Positions 35,792 through 45,908 of a DNA stretch of 63,429 bases are shown piece by piece (position 1 is the stretch's first letter; every line of letters starts with the position of its first letter). The DNA is from Patescibacteria group bacterium (GTDB taxonomy: Bacteria > Patescibacteriota > CPR2 > UBA1875 > CAIMLA01): positions 1 through 63,429 of the forward strand of contig JAQUMB010000001.1 in the NCBI GenBank assembly GCA_028718325.1, read 5' to 3'. Made by a program: the position numbers and the translations under genes. The notes beneath the pieces were generated by a model. That model made no database searches and was not told where the DNA came from. It worked only from the letters and a program-made list of their open reading frames with translations.

Positions 35792-36952
35792 CTATTCCTC
35801 CCTCAAAGCCTTTACTATATTTATTCTTACTGCATGGTAGGCTGGATAGATACCTGCCAATACTCCTAGAATCACTGCAAAAGCAATTGCAAATACAGAT
35901 ATTCTCGTTGTAAGTAAGAAAATCACATTTCCGCTGACCTCCATGGCATTGTTTATCAATACAACCGTCGCTGATCCTAATGCCCAGCCGATCACTCCAC
36001 CGAAAAAGCCAATTAAGCCAGCTTCTGTCAGATATTCTGTCATAATATTTCGAGTTTTGGCACCAACCGCTTTTTTGATACCAATTTCCTTCGTCCTTTC
36101 TGCAATAGACATTGTCATCGTATTAATAATCGAAAGGCCTCCGACCAGAAGAGAGATTGCAGCAATACCGAAAAGTATCGAGTTCAGAATACCCGTGGCA
36201 CTAGCCACTTGATCTTGAAATGCCTTTGGTCCCTCTCCCTTGACCCCTGCTACTTCCTTGCCGATCTTCTTAGCTAATTCATTTGGGTCAACGCCTTTTT
36301 TTGCATATACCGTAAAGTCAGTAACTAGAAGCTCCGGCTTGACTTGTGATTGGATAACTTGAGGTAAAGTATCGTGATATATTTCCTGGGCATCCCTAAG
36401 GGTCATAAAAACTTCATTGTCTGGGGCTGTAAGAGTTTTGCCCATGATACCTTTGACCTCAAACTCTTTGCCTTTAATTTTTATCTTCTTCCCAACCCCT
36501 GCGTTCAATTTCTTAACCAAGTCTGAACCAATTTGAACCTTCCCATAATCATCCGGCTTTAGTTCTTTCCCTTTGACAATCTCAACCTTGAAAGATTCAA
36601 GGCCAGCCCCCTTGTTATCACTGCCGATGATCATCGGCGGAACACCAAAGTTTACAGCACCCAGGTCGTCCAACATTACCGTAACATCAGACTGCACTAC
36701 CTGGACACCTTCAACCTTCTCGATATCCTTAACTTTTTCAATCGAAAGCGGTGCACCCATAAATGCGTTCCCAGATTTATCGCTAACAATTACCTTGTCC
36801 TTATAATATTTCGTGCCCCCGCTGACTAAAAGATTAATTTTTTCTGCCATCGAACCCATCACGACAAAGGCAAATATTCCAATGGTAATACCCGAGATAG
36901 TCAAGATCGTTCTCGTTTTTCGGCGAAACATATTTTTTAAGATTTCTACCAT
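35792..36952 (-). CDS. ABC transporter permease (FtsX/MacB-like)
   Basis: N-terminal TM, a large periplasmic-type domain, and a C-terminal FtsX-like three-TM bundle. It sits adjacent to the ATPase. Confidence 0.83.
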   Translation of the reverse strand: MVEILKNMFRRKTRTILTISGITIGIFAFVVMGSMAEKINLLVSGGTKYYKDKVIVSDKSGNAFMGAPLSIEKVKDIEKVEGVQVVQSDVTVMLDDLGAVNFGVPPMIIGSDNKGAGLESFKVEIVKGKELKPDDYGKVQIGSDLVKKLNAGVGKKIKIKGKEFEVKGIMGKTLTAPDNEVFMTLRDAQEIYHDTLPQVIQSQVKPELLVTDFTVYAKKGVDPNELAKKIGKEVAGVKGEGPKAFQDQVASATGILNSILFGIAAISLLVGGLSIINTMTMSIAERTKEIGIKKAVGAKTRNIMTEYLTEAGLIGFFGGVIGWALGSATVVLINNAMEVSGNVIFLLTTRISVFAIAFAVILGVLAGIYPAYHAVRINIVKALREE

Positions 36953-37007
36953 TTTTCCCCTTCATTTAACCAATTTATTATAACCTAAATGACCAACCAT
37001 TTAAATA

Positions 37008-37035
37008 GAAATAACGCCTCAATTGAGGCGTTATT
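37008..37035 (-). terminator. intrinsic terminator downstream of the RRM gene
   Basis: AAATAACGCCTC-AATT-GAGGCGTTATTT. Confidence 0.65.
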
Positions 37036-37080
37036 TCTTATGATAGCGTGATCTTTACCTATTTTATTAAGCGTTGATTT

Positions 37081-37362
37081 CTATCGTTTTTCTTTAGGTC
37101 GGGAAACGTTTACTACAACATTTCTGCCACCTACGTCTTTGCCATTCATAGCTTCGATTGCCTTTTTGGCAGAATCCTCGTCACCCATGGTAACGAAGCC
37201 GAAACCTTTGGAACGGCCAGAAAATTTGTCTGCAATTACCTTAGCTTCAACAACTTCACCAAACTCAGCAAATAGCTGACCAAGGGATTCGTCGTTCATA
37301 GTGTAAGGCAGATTGCCTACATAGAGTTTGTTCTTATCGTCCACTCTTGTCCTTTGCCCCAT
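37081..37362 (-). CDS. RRM-type RNA-binding protein
   Basis: RNP2 LYVGNL and RNP1 KGFGFVTM. Confidence 0.85.
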   Translation of the reverse strand: MGQRTRVDDKNKLYVGNLPYTMNDESLGQLFAEFGEVVEAKVIADKFSGRSKGFGFVTMGDEDSAKKAIEAMNGKDVGGRNVVVNVSRPKEKR

Positions 37363-37496
37363 ACGGGGTCCTTAAGTTAATAAACTCAACTTTTTCTATA
37401 TCGATAGAATCAAGCTGACGAGCTAATTATATCCTTGTTTTACTGATATGTCAACAATAATTTACAGTTTACATTGAGCAAATAAAATCTGCGAAA

Positions 37497-37574
37497 TGGT
37501 CGGGGCGAGAGGATTTGAACCTCCGATCTCAGGACCCCCAGCCCTGCGCTTTGGGCCAACTAAGCTACGCCCCG
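37497..37574 (-). tRNA. tRNA-Pro (anticodon GGG), CCA encoded
   Basis: Minus strand: acceptor CGGGGCG/CGCCCCG, anticodon loop CTGGGGG, T-arm GGAGG-TTCAAAT-CCTCT. Confidence 0.9.
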
Positions 37575-37578
37575 ATAA

Positions 37579-38208
37579 TTAATAATAACCGATATTGATT
37601 CCCAGTATGCTCATAAAGAATGTAACGATTGGCCAGATGATCCTTGTCCCACCGACCAAAATAAAGGCTAGTAACAAAATTGGTCCATAAACCTCCAACT
37701 TTGCATTATCCAGTCCCGGAATAAATAACGCGAAAAACTTGGAACCATCAAGTGGTGGAATTGGTATCAGATTAAATATCATTAACACAAGATTTATAGT
37801 AATAGCAGCGATCAAGAATTGGCCCCAGAGTGTCCCCTTGAATCCAGGGATTTGATAAATTGCCGCTAAGATGATGGCTAATACCAGATTAGCTATCGGT
37901 CCGGCTATCGCTGTGAGAGCTGAGCCAAGACGAGGATTGTTAAAACTGTTCGGGTTAATCGGGACTGGCTTTGCCCAACCAAAAACAATTGATGAGCCAC
38001 TGAGTATCAGGACTAATGGCAAAAGGATCGTACCGAAAAGATCAATGTGGACAATTGGGTTGAGGCTGACACGACCAGCGTGTTTGGCCGTAGGGTCGCC
38101 AAGATAGTTAGCTGTCCATGCATGCATAAATTCATGGACAGTTAAGGCAAGTAAGAACCCAATGATACTAAATATTTGATACATGACTTTTGTTGACTTT
38201 AAGCTCAA
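37579..38208 (-). CDS. site-2 protease family (M50) membrane metalloprotease
   Basis: HEFMHAW (HExxH) in the first TM, and LIPIPPLDG in a later TM. Confidence 0.83.
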   Translation of the reverse strand: MSLKSTKVMYQIFSIIGFLLALTVHEFMHAWTANYLGDPTAKHAGRVSLNPIVHIDLFGTILLPLVLILSGSSIVFGWAKPVPINPNSFNNPRLGSALTAIAGPIANLVLAIILAAIYQIPGFKGTLWGQFLIAAITINLVLMIFNLIPIPPLDGSKFFALFIPGLDNAKLEVYGPILLLAFILVGGTRIIWPIVTFFMSILGINIGYY

Positions 38209-38256
38209 ACCATGATACCATTAACTTCGTTGTAATTCAATCTTGGAGAAATGAAA

Positions 38257-38436
38257 AATGAGTGTAGAATGTGAAATTTGTGGTAAAAAACCAATAACCG
38301 GGCATAATGTCAGCCACTCTCATCGTAAAACTAAGAGACGATGGTTGCCAAATTTACAATGGCTAAAATTAGATAGCGGCAAGAAGGTCAAAGCTTGCGC
38401 TCGATGTATCAAGACAACTGCCAAAACGACCAAGTA
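38257..38436 (+). CDS. rpmB: 50S ribosomal protein L28 (59 aa, below the ORF-track cutoff)
   Basis: My translation is [59 protein letters not shown], a typical L28 pattern. Confidence 0.85.
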
Positions 38437-38464
38437 AAAAAACTCCCCATCGGGGAGTTTTTTT
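38436..38464. terminator. bidirectional intrinsic terminator
   Basis: AAAAAACTCCCC-ATC-GGGGAGTTTTTTT between convergent genes. Confidence 0.75.
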
Positions 38465-38469
38465 GATGA

Positions 38470-39099
38470 CTAATATTTGAGAACAACTACTTCGAGTTCT
38501 TCCGGCAAATCTCTGCCGGTGATTTTAAGTTTGTCCATTGGTACTGGGCTAACACTGAATTCCTGCAAAAAAGTTTCAAGCGGGGCAAGGTCAGTCATTT
38601 TCCCTTCCCTATAGTGCATGGGCAAGACTATTTTCGGTTCAATTTGGCTAATCACCTTAATCGCTGCTTTAGCATCAATCGTATATTTTCCGCCAACAGG
38701 GATCATCAATACATCAACCCCATCAACCTTGTCTAACTGTTCACTGGTAAGTTCGGTCCCCAGATCACCTAAATGACAAATTTTGATTCCATCAATTTCC
38801 ATATTAAAGATGGTGATTTGTCCACGTTCTTCACCATGAGAATCATCATGAAAGCCTTTGATCCCCTGAAACTCAGATTCTTTTACTTCATATTCACCCG
38901 GGGAGTCAAGGAGCAAAAACTCGCTTTTAACAACTTCCAGGTAATTGTGATCAAAATGATCGTGACTGACCGTCACAACATCTGCATCTTGCTTTGCCAG
39001 TTTGATCCCAATTTTTTCAGGATCATATGGATCGCTCAAGACAGAAACCTTTTTACCAATAATTTTGAAACAAGAATGACCTAAATACGTAATCTCCAC
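38470..39099 (-). CDS. MBL-fold metal-dependent hydrolase (UPF0173-like)
   Basis: VTVSHDHFDHN metal-binding motif. 209 aa. Confidence 0.82.
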   Translation of the reverse strand: MEITYLGHSCFKIIGKKVSVLSDPYDPEKIGIKLAKQDADVVTVSHDHFDHNYLEVVKSEFLLLDSPGEYEVKESEFQGIKGFHDDSHGEERGQITIFNMEIDGIKICHLGDLGTELTSEQLDKVDGVDVLMIPVGGKYTIDAKAAIKVISQIEPKIVLPMHYREGKMTDLAPLETFLQEFSVSPVPMDKLKITGRDLPEELEVVVLKY

Positions 39100-39108
39100 T
39101 ATTCCTCC

Positions 39109-40122
39109 CTACTTATTCGTTTTTAATTCTTCATAGATAACCGAGATACAGGCTACAACAGGGACTGCAATCAAAGCACCCCAAACTCCCATTAGTTGCA
39201 CCCCCACCAATATCGCGACAATAATAATTATCGGGTTTAGCCCGACAGATTTCTTCATGATTTGAGGCACCAAGATATGGTTTTCTAGTTGTTGAACCAA
39301 TATATACCAAGCGCCGACAATCAACGCCAGAAGCGGTGAGACAGTTAAAGCAACCAAGGCAGCAGTGATCCCAGCGACAATCGGTCCGATAATCGGCAGT
39401 AGTTCTAAAATACCTGAAAGAATGGCCAGAGTTAGCGCCATATCGACTCGCAAAATAGTCAAGGCTATATAATTTGCCAGAAAAATAACTAATGCCAGAA
39501 ATAGTTGCCCCCTGACCCAAGAACTCATTCTGCTTGATATTTTGCGTGATACTGAGATAGAAGTACTGAGATATTTTTTTGGTAAAACAGCTTCTAAAAC
39601 TTTTTCCACTCCATTTTTCTGGACAAGCATGTAAAAAGCGATCACAAAGACAGCAATAAGACCAAAGGCCCCGCTAAAGAAACCAAATGCCTTATTTACT
39701 ATTTGCCCGCTACCATTTCCGCTGATTGAATTGCCTATGTTTTCTAAGGCCTTAAACGCTGGATCCTTAATCGCTGGATTGACGTTTTGTAGATATGTAT
39801 TAATTGTGTCTGCGTATTTACCACTATCTTGGACTAATTGGGTAATCTGATTAATGAGCGGCGGAACGATTAACTCCAAGAATAAAGCCAAGATTGCAAT
39901 GATAGCTAGATAAATAGTCAGGATAGCTAGAGATCTAGGCCAGCGTTTTTTTTCTAGACGATTCACAAAAGGTTCGATGGCAGCCGCAAAAATAAAGGCC
40001 AAAAATAGAATTATAAGAATATCTCTAACCGCCAGAAAGAACCAAATCGCTACTACGGTAGCAATGACCCAAAGAATTGTTTTCGGTGAAAATTCAATTA
40101 CGATACTTTTATTCTTCATCAA
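39109..40122 (-). CDS. AI-2E family transporter (PerM-like permease)
   Basis: 337-aa polytopic ORF. LELLPIIGPIVA and a conserved C-terminal pattern. Confidence 0.8.
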   Translation of the reverse strand: MMKNKSIVIEFSPKTILWVIATVVAIWFFLAVRDILIILFLAFIFAAAIEPFVNRLEKKRWPRSLAILTIYLAIIAILALFLELIVPPLINQITQLVQDSGKYADTINTYLQNVNPAIKDPAFKALENIGNSISGNGSGQIVNKAFGFFSGAFGLIAVFVIAFYMLVQKNGVEKVLEAVLPKKYLSTSISVSRKISSRMSSWVRGQLFLALVIFLANYIALTILRVDMALTLAILSGILELLPIIGPIVAGITAALVALTVSPLLALIVGAWYILVQQLENHILVPQIMKKSVGLNPIIIIVAILVGVQLMGVWGALIAVPVVACISVIYEELKTNK

Positions 40123-40717
40123 CTTTTTCTTCTTTTCCCTCTTTTTTTGTCTCTTCTTCTAGGCTGTCAATTAAAATTTTCTTTGGACTGGCCATTAGCT
40201 CAGTCAAGAAGCGATCGAAAAGCATTTTGCGATCTTCATACTCATTAAGTGTCATGACACAATAATTTACTTCCCTTTTCAGCTCCTTCTCCAGATTCGC
40301 TAAAACCGATTTCATTTTTCTTTTGTCAACTTCCCCTACGACAAAAAGATCTACTTGGCTGGCTGTGTCTCCAACAAAAGCTCCCATAAGTGCAGCATAT
40401 GAGATGTCTCCGGATTTCCTGATCCCAAAAGTCACTTTATCTTCACCCGTTGGTGTTTTGCCAGTTTTTTCAAAGATCCGTTTCAATTCAGAATAAAATT
40501 CAAATTTCGTATTGGCTTCATAGTAAATCTTTCCCTTTTTTTCGTTCGATTTTACAAGTCCTATAGACTTTAAATTTAAAAGTTCTCGTCTCACAGAGTT
40601 AATTTGTTCATCAATGGTTCGGGTAATCTCTCGAACGTAAAAGGCACGGCCTGTGTTTGTCAAAAGCAGTGCCAAAAGTTTTACTCGAGTTTTTGAACCG
40701 AAAAGTGTTTCATACAT
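40109..40717 (-). CDS. winged-helix transcriptional regulator-like protein
   Basis: N-terminal ArsR/wHTH-like FGSKTRVKLLALLLTN...REITRTIDEQINSVRRELLNLKSIGLV. Confidence 0.6.
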   Translation of the reverse strand: MYETLFGSKTRVKLLALLLTNTGRAFYVREITRTIDEQINSVRRELLNLKSIGLVKSNEKKGKIYYEANTKFEFYSELKRIFEKTGKTPTGEDKVTFGIRKSGDISYAALMGAFVGDTASQVDLFVVGEVDKRKMKSVLANLEKELKREVNYCVMTLNEYEDRKMLFDRFLTELMASPKKILIDSLEEETKKEGKEEKVDEE

Positions 40718-40808
40718 TTATGGCTCCTTATTTACTAGCCACATTATAACAAATAAATCGGTGTTGTCCAGTTTTTTATAGCTATATTGTATAAATTATT
40801 TATCCAAA

Positions 40809-42176
40809 CTAAAGTTTTCGAACGGCTTTCTTAAACTGATTCCCGCGATCCTTGTAATTTTCAAATAAACCAAAAGATGCGCAAGCTGGAGATAGTAAAA
40901 CAACGTCACCCCTTTTTGATAGCTCGGCTGCTGTTTTGACCATCTCTTCCATTTTCGTCAGGCCAAAAACACGTTTACCAATAAATTTTGTACTAATATT
41001 CTTTGAGATCTCTGTCGCCATTTCGCCCATCAATATCAAAGCCTTGACTCTTGATTTCTCGATCTCATAACCTAACTTTGCATAGTCAGACCCCTTATAA
41101 CTTCCTCCCAGAATAAGGACAATTGGTTCGTTAAATGACTTAATCGCGGCAATCGCTGTCTCCGGAGTAGTCGAAAACGAGTCGTTGTAATAAGCAACTT
41201 CATTTTTTTTACTCACCAATTCTAAACGATGTTCTAACCCATGAAAACTTTTGACAACTTTCTGGATAGAGTTTATGTCTGCCCCTGCTACATATGAGGC
41301 CAAGATTGCTGCCGTGACATTCTCCAGATTATGCTTTCCTCTCAATAATAATTTGTTTATATTGAGTATCATGACCGGCCCTGCTTTTGTCTGAAGGATA
41401 ATGTTGTCTTGTTTATCTATGTAACAGCCATTGCCAGCCTTTTTCTTACTAAAAAGTAAAATTTCTCCTTTCGAGGTAGCTATGAAGGAATTGAGTACCG
41501 GATAATCTGCATTGATAATTGAATAGTCGGATTTTGTTTGGAATTTAACAATATTTTTTTTTGCTTCACGATATTCGCTAACGTCATGATGATAATCTAA
41601 GTGGTCCTTAGTCACGTTCAAAACAACCGCGATTTTCGGGCTTTTTTGTAAAGATTGGAGTTGGAAGCTTGATAATTCCAGGATAACTAAGGATTGCTCA
41701 GAAAGCTTATCAAGAAATGTAATCGCCGGTAAACCAATGTTTCCTCCGAGGTAGACATCCTTGCCGCTTCTCTTTAGGATTTCATATATTAAAGTAGCTG
41801 TGGTTCCTTTCCCCTTGGTCCCCGTTACTCCGATAATGTTTGCTTTTGATTGATCAAAGAAAAATTCAATTTGACTGGTGAAAATTACCCCATTTTTGAT
41901 CGCCGTCTGTATGTCAGGGTCAAGAATTGGTATCCCTGGAGTTTTAAAAACCAAGTCAACTTCAGCAATTTTTTTTAAGTATTTTTTGCCTAAAAAACAT
42001 TTTATGTTAGATTTTATCTCAGGATTTTTCTTATAAAAATTATTCTTTTCGGTTTGGTCAAAAATAACCGGTTCTATCCCATGGTTCTGTAAATATTCAA
42101 AAGTTGTCTTGCCTTCGGCTCCAAAGCCCAGTACTCCAATTTTCTTTTTCTTGATTATATCAATACTAAGTTCCAT
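40809..42176 (-). CDS. murD: UDP-N-acetylmuramoylalanine--D-glutamate ligase
   Basis: GVLGFGAEGK Rossmann N-terminus and Mur ligase P-loop GVTGTKGKGTT. I start the gene at MELSIDII (42176) to avoid overlap with the upstream gene. Confidence 0.9.
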   Translation of the reverse strand: MELSIDIIKKKKIGVLGFGAEGKTTFEYLQNHGIEPVIFDQTEKNNFYKKNPEIKSNIKCFLGKKYLKKIAEVDLVFKTPGIPILDPDIQTAIKNGVIFTSQIEFFFDQSKANIIGVTGTKGKGTTATLIYEILKRSGKDVYLGGNIGLPAITFLDKLSEQSLVILELSSFQLQSLQKSPKIAVVLNVTKDHLDYHHDVSEYREAKKNIVKFQTKSDYSIINADYPVLNSFIATSKGEILLFSKKKAGNGCYIDKQDNIILQTKAGPVMILNINKLLLRGKHNLENVTAAILASYVAGADINSIQKVVKSFHGLEHRLELVSKKNEVAYYNDSFSTTPETAIAAIKSFNEPIVLILGGSYKGSDYAKLGYEIEKSRVKALILMGEMATEISKNISTKFIGKRVFGLTKMEEMVKTAAELSKRGDVVLLSPACASFGLFENYKDRGNQFKKAVRKL

Positions 42177-42178
42177 CT

Positions 42179-43606
42179 CTATAACAACCCAAAAGTCATA
42201 AGCAATAAGGTAATCGCTGCTCCGCCCATCAATAATATAGTAATGCTGCCAAAGATATTGACCCATCTAGGATTTACAAAGTCACCCATGATCTGTTTAT
42301 CTCGACCTAAGCGAAAAATATAAAATAACAATACCGGAGCAGTTACTCCGTTGACGATTGCCGCAAGGTACAGAGCTTTGATTGGATTAATCCCCAAGAA
42401 ATTCATTGCCAAGCCAACCAATAATGAGATGATAATGATGCCATAAAATCCCTTGGCATGACTGTATTTTCGATATAAGCCTTCATGCCATTTGAAAAGT
42501 TCGGCAACAGCATAGGCAGAGGAGCCGGCCAAGACCGGAACGGCTAGTAGCCCCACTCCAAATATCCCAAGTGTGAATAAGAGATAAGCCGCATCACCTG
42601 CCAAAGGCTTCAAGGCCATGGCTGCCTGTTCAGCACTTTCTATATTGTTTATCCCGTGACTAAATAAAACTGAAGCAGTTGTGATAACGATAAAGAGGAA
42701 AACAATATTGGCATAAGACATCCCAACAAATGTGTCTTTGCGCATATCAGATATTTCATGCTTAATAGCAACTTTGTGATGATCGGCTAAGATTTTTTTG
42801 TCTCTCTCGTCTTCAACTTCTTCGGATGTCTGCCAGAAAAATAGATATGGTGAAATCGTTGTTCCCATTACTGCGACCATAGCCGCGATATACTCTTTGT
42901 TAAAGTGAACCGTTGGAAAAACTAAACTCCTTGCGACCTCAGACCAATTTGGATGAACAATTATGGCAGTCAAAATGTATGCGAAGAGGGTAATTGTCAG
43001 CCATTTAAGAATTTTGGCATAGCGGTGATAAGAAACCTTGATTTCAAGATAAAGAATGATAAGAGTCAAAATTGTTGCGCCAAAATAAAAATTTATCGGG
43101 AGCAATAGCTGAAAGGAAGCCACCATCGCTCCGATATCAGCTCCAATATTTATAGTATTAGCTACAACCAAAAGACAAACTAGCAAGATGATGACTTTTT
43201 TGCCGTATCTCTTGTTCATTGAGCCTGACAAACCTCTTTCAGTGACGATCCCAATCCTGGCGCAAGTTTCTTGAACTGCTGTCATCATCGGTAGCAAATA
43301 AAGTGCCAACCAAGCCAACGAAAGACCATACCTTGAACCAACGGTTGAATAAGTTCCAATACCAGAGGGATCGTCATCAGAAGCCCCCGTGATGACTCCA
43401 GGCCCAAGTGTCTTCAAAAAAGAAGTGTGATGCTTGCCCCGATCCTCCAAAGATAATCCTAAGTATCGCTTAATTTCTTCCTCGGTGATAAAGATTTTTT
43501 CATCTTCTATCACCGGCTCAATCAGATCCTTTTTGATTAAAAAATAAACTTTTTTTGGTGAAAGTTTAAAAATTCTTTCAATTTCTTTTAAAGTATATCT
43601 TTTCAT
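42179..43606 (-). CDS. Nramp-family divalent metal transporter with an N-terminal HTH-like extension
   Basis: GPGVITGASDDDPSGIGTYS is the Nramp signature. The first ~50 aa (YTLKEIERIFKLSPKKVYFLIKKDLIEPV) resemble an excisionase/MerR-type HTH. Confidence 0.82.
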   Translation of the reverse strand: MKRYTLKEIERIFKLSPKKVYFLIKKDLIEPVIEDEKIFITEEEIKRYLGLSLEDRGKHHTSFLKTLGPGVITGASDDDPSGIGTYSTVGSRYGLSLAWLALYLLPMMTAVQETCARIGIVTERGLSGSMNKRYGKKVIILLVCLLVVANTINIGADIGAMVASFQLLLPINFYFGATILTLIILYLEIKVSYHRYAKILKWLTITLFAYILTAIIVHPNWSEVARSLVFPTVHFNKEYIAAMVAVMGTTISPYLFFWQTSEEVEDERDKKILADHHKVAIKHEISDMRKDTFVGMSYANIVFLFIVITTASVLFSHGINNIESAEQAAMALKPLAGDAAYLLFTLGIFGVGLLAVPVLAGSSAYAVAELFKWHEGLYRKYSHAKGFYGIIIISLLVGLAMNFLGINPIKALYLAAIVNGVTAPVLLFYIFRLGRDKQIMGDFVNPRWVNIFGSITILLMGGAAITLLLMTFGLL

Positions 43607-43607
43607 T

Positions 43608-44681
43608 TTAATAACTTACTGTGGCTGTCTGAGGAACAATCTCGAACCAGGTTTGCCCGGGATTAAAGATAATTTCTTTGCCTAAACTATCAAGATATTT
43701 TGTACGTGAATTCTGACTGGATTTCTCCCATGTCCCGACGATCGTTTTTCCATCTTGGAAAATCAGAGCTTTTCCTCTACCAATAGTAGAAATGTTCATT
43801 TTCTGCTCTCCAGCTCGTGATATTCCTGGGCTCATGTTTTCATACTGTACAACAATGTTTTTTACATGAATTTGTGCTCCGGTTACTTTATCCTTGTGCG
43901 GAACTCCGCCAACACTTCTGAGATAATCGTTCGTTTTGGGGACATAAGAATAAGAAGCGACAAAGAGAGGTGTCGAAAAATTGATATTTATTAGTTGAGA
44001 AACCGGTCGCTGATCAGTCGTCGCTTCCTTCTTAAAATTCAATGGCGTTACATTACTTGTCACCGGGATTTTTGCTGCGCTTAACGCTTCGTAAAGCTTG
44101 GCTGTCGTCGTATAAACATTATGGGGCGCATATCTATTGGTTGCTCTCCAAAAATAACTGCCATAATAAAATTGATTAATGTCTGGAATTTTCTGAGCCG
44201 AAACCGCATCAAGCGCATCTATATTTCCGCCCACATGGACAAACACTGCATTATATTCGCTCAACCAATCTATAAAATAAAGCCTTGCCGACCTGACCGG
44301 ACCAATCTCATCAGCATCTTGGGATTGATATATAGCCATAGTCCTAGTTATGCCGCCTTCAGCTAGGGTCTCATAAACTAAATCCGCTTTTGGATAACCA
44401 GACTGGGGTCGGGCATCTGGATGGTTTTCAATAATCACAGCTAACGGTCGTCTACTCGTAACACTTGGGTCAACCAGTAGCCCAGTCAACGGTGCTGCTA
44501 TCCTAGTTTCTTTTGGCTTAGTTTTTAACACAAGTTTTGGAGTTTTGAATTGGACATTACCTAATAAATAATAATTGTAGGCGATTAGGCCACCAGCGAC
44601 CAAGACAGCCATCAAAATCAAGGCTAAGGCAATTTTATGTTTTCGAAGGAATATATTAACTTTACGACTTTTAATCTTCAC
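43608..44681 (-). CDS. DUF3048 domain-containing protein (signal-anchored)
   Basis: N-terminal TM, then IENHPDARPQSG and PVRSARLYFIDW motifs typical of DUF3048. Confidence 0.75.
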   Translation of the reverse strand: MKIKSRKVNIFLRKHKIALALILMAVLVAGGLIAYNYYLLGNVQFKTPKLVLKTKPKETRIAAPLTGLLVDPSVTSRRPLAVIIENHPDARPQSGYPKADLVYETLAEGGITRTMAIYQSQDADEIGPVRSARLYFIDWLSEYNAVFVHVGGNIDALDAVSAQKIPDINQFYYGSYFWRATNRYAPHNVYTTTAKLYEALSAAKIPVTSNVTPLNFKKEATTDQRPVSQLININFSTPLFVASYSYVPKTNDYLRSVGGVPHKDKVTGAQIHVKNIVVQYENMSPGISRAGEQKMNISTIGRGKALIFQDGKTIVGTWEKSSQNSRTKYLDSLGKEIIFNPGQTWFEIVPQTATVSY

Positions 44682-44701
44682 TTTAAAAATTATAGCTACA
44701 A

Positions 44702-44727
44702 AAAGCCCCGATGTCTATCGGGGCTTT
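44702..44727 (-). terminator. intrinsic terminator after rplY
   Basis: AAAGCCCCGAT-GTCT-ATCGGGGCTTT, with a T-run on the minus strand. Confidence 0.7.
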
Positions 44728-44731
44728 AATT

Positions 44732-45427
44732 TTATTCAGTTTTTTCGTCTCCTGACGTTTCCTCGGTCTCTGTTTCTGGCTCTTCCTCGCCGTGTTCAGA
44801 AGGCGGCAGCTCTTCCTCAGGAGAGACTGGTTCTTCTAACTCAGCCATTTCTTCTTCACTCCTCGGTTCCTCAACATAAGCGATTACCTCTTCTGGATCG
44901 CTGAGGATTATAACACCTTCCGGAACTTTCAAATCTGAAATATGAATAACCGCTTCAAAGTCAACTAATGGCACGATATCAACCTCCAGTTCGTGAGGCA
45001 AGTCAGCTGGTAAACATTCTACTTCTATCTCATCAATCGGGGTTAACAAGCTTCCGCTCAGCTCGATAACCGCTACCGAATCACCAACAAAATTTAGAGG
45101 GACGGCGGCTGTTATTTTTTCGTCCATTCTGATTTGTAAAAAATCCGTATGTAATATTTTTTCACTGACTGGGTCTAATGCAACTTCGTGAATCAAGGCG
45201 TTTTTCTTTGAAGTTGTCCCGTCTAACTTTTCAATATCTATAGATACAACGCTATTTCCACCTGCTTCACGATAGCAAAGATCAAAACTATGGGCATCAA
45301 CTGCCAAAATCATTGCCTCTTTGCCCTTACTGTAAATAACCGCCGGAATAAAGCCTTCCCGACGAAGTCCATTAACTTTTTTGGCAAGAGTTCTTTCTTT
45401 CGCTGATATTTTGTATTTTTCAACCAC
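44732..45427 (-). CDS. rplY: 50S ribosomal protein L25 / general stress protein Ctc form, with acidic C-terminal tail
   Basis: LRREGFIPAVIYSKG plus a two-domain Ctc-length protein. Confidence 0.88.
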   Translation of the reverse strand: MVEKYKISAKERTLAKKVNGLRREGFIPAVIYSKGKEAMILAVDAHSFDLCYREAGGNSVVSIDIEKLDGTTSKKNALIHEVALDPVSEKILHTDFLQIRMDEKITAAVPLNFVGDSVAVIELSGSLLTPIDEIEVECLPADLPHELEVDIVPLVDFEAVIHISDLKVPEGVIILSDPEEVIAYVEEPRSEEEMAELEEPVSPEEELPPSEHGEEEPETETEETSGDEKTE

Positions 45428-45493
45428 AATAAATATTCCTTTTCCTTACAAACAAAGGTAATTTTACCAAAAAAAATGATTCCCGTCAATCAA

Positions 45494-45886
45494 TTAAGAG
45501 TTAAATACCTTTTTAAAATTCCCGTCAAAAGAATTAATTTCCTGATGAAAAGTTATCATTTCATCAACTGTTATCGGCCCTTCATCTAGAATTTCAAGGT
45601 TTTTAATATTTAATTCCGGCTTCTGCTTAACCTGACTATTTTCTACAAAAAAATTAACCCAGATTGGAATATGACAGCTTTTGCACGAAACTTGGAGCAA
45701 ACAATAGCCTTCGATTTGACTGATATACTGGACTTGGTCCAGGGTGTAAGCCTCACCGCAATGAGGACAATGCATCATCTCAGTCAAGGTTTTCAATATT
45801 TGCAAAAGGTTATTATTTTTTTCCAAACAGAATCTCCTTATTTTGATTAATAAATTATATAACCTATATTTTACCACCTCTGGCAA
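45494..45886 (-). CDS. hypothetical zinc-ribbon protein
   Basis: CPHCG...CKSCH. The true start may be MMHCPHCG (45778). Confidence 0.5.
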   Translation of the reverse strand: MPEVVKYRLYNLLIKIRRFCLEKNNNLLQILKTLTEMMHCPHCGEAYTLDQVQYISQIEGYCLLQVSCKSCHIPIWVNFFVENSQVKQKPELNIKNLEILDEGPITVDEMITFHQEINSFDGNFKKVFNS

Positions 45887-45908
45887 CTACTTTGAATGGA
45901 TAAACAAC

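Noticed and set aside
39131-39520. 129-aa alternative-frame ORF inside the AI-2E transporter gene. Many other 60-130-aa ORFs are similarly nested in or antisense to larger genes throughout the track.
   Set aside because: These are nested in well-supported CDSs, lack RBSs, and have odd composition.
40809-42266. 5'-extended ORF-track versions of several genes: murD 42266, argS 7015, smpB 6960, GT4 8766, GT2 8748, GT 11007, comM 27338, cupin 55097, and the 48670 and 48753 starts.
   Set aside because: The extensions overlap neighbouring genes or terminators and add non-conserved residues. They lack RBSs, whereas internal starts have good RBSs and conserved N-termini.
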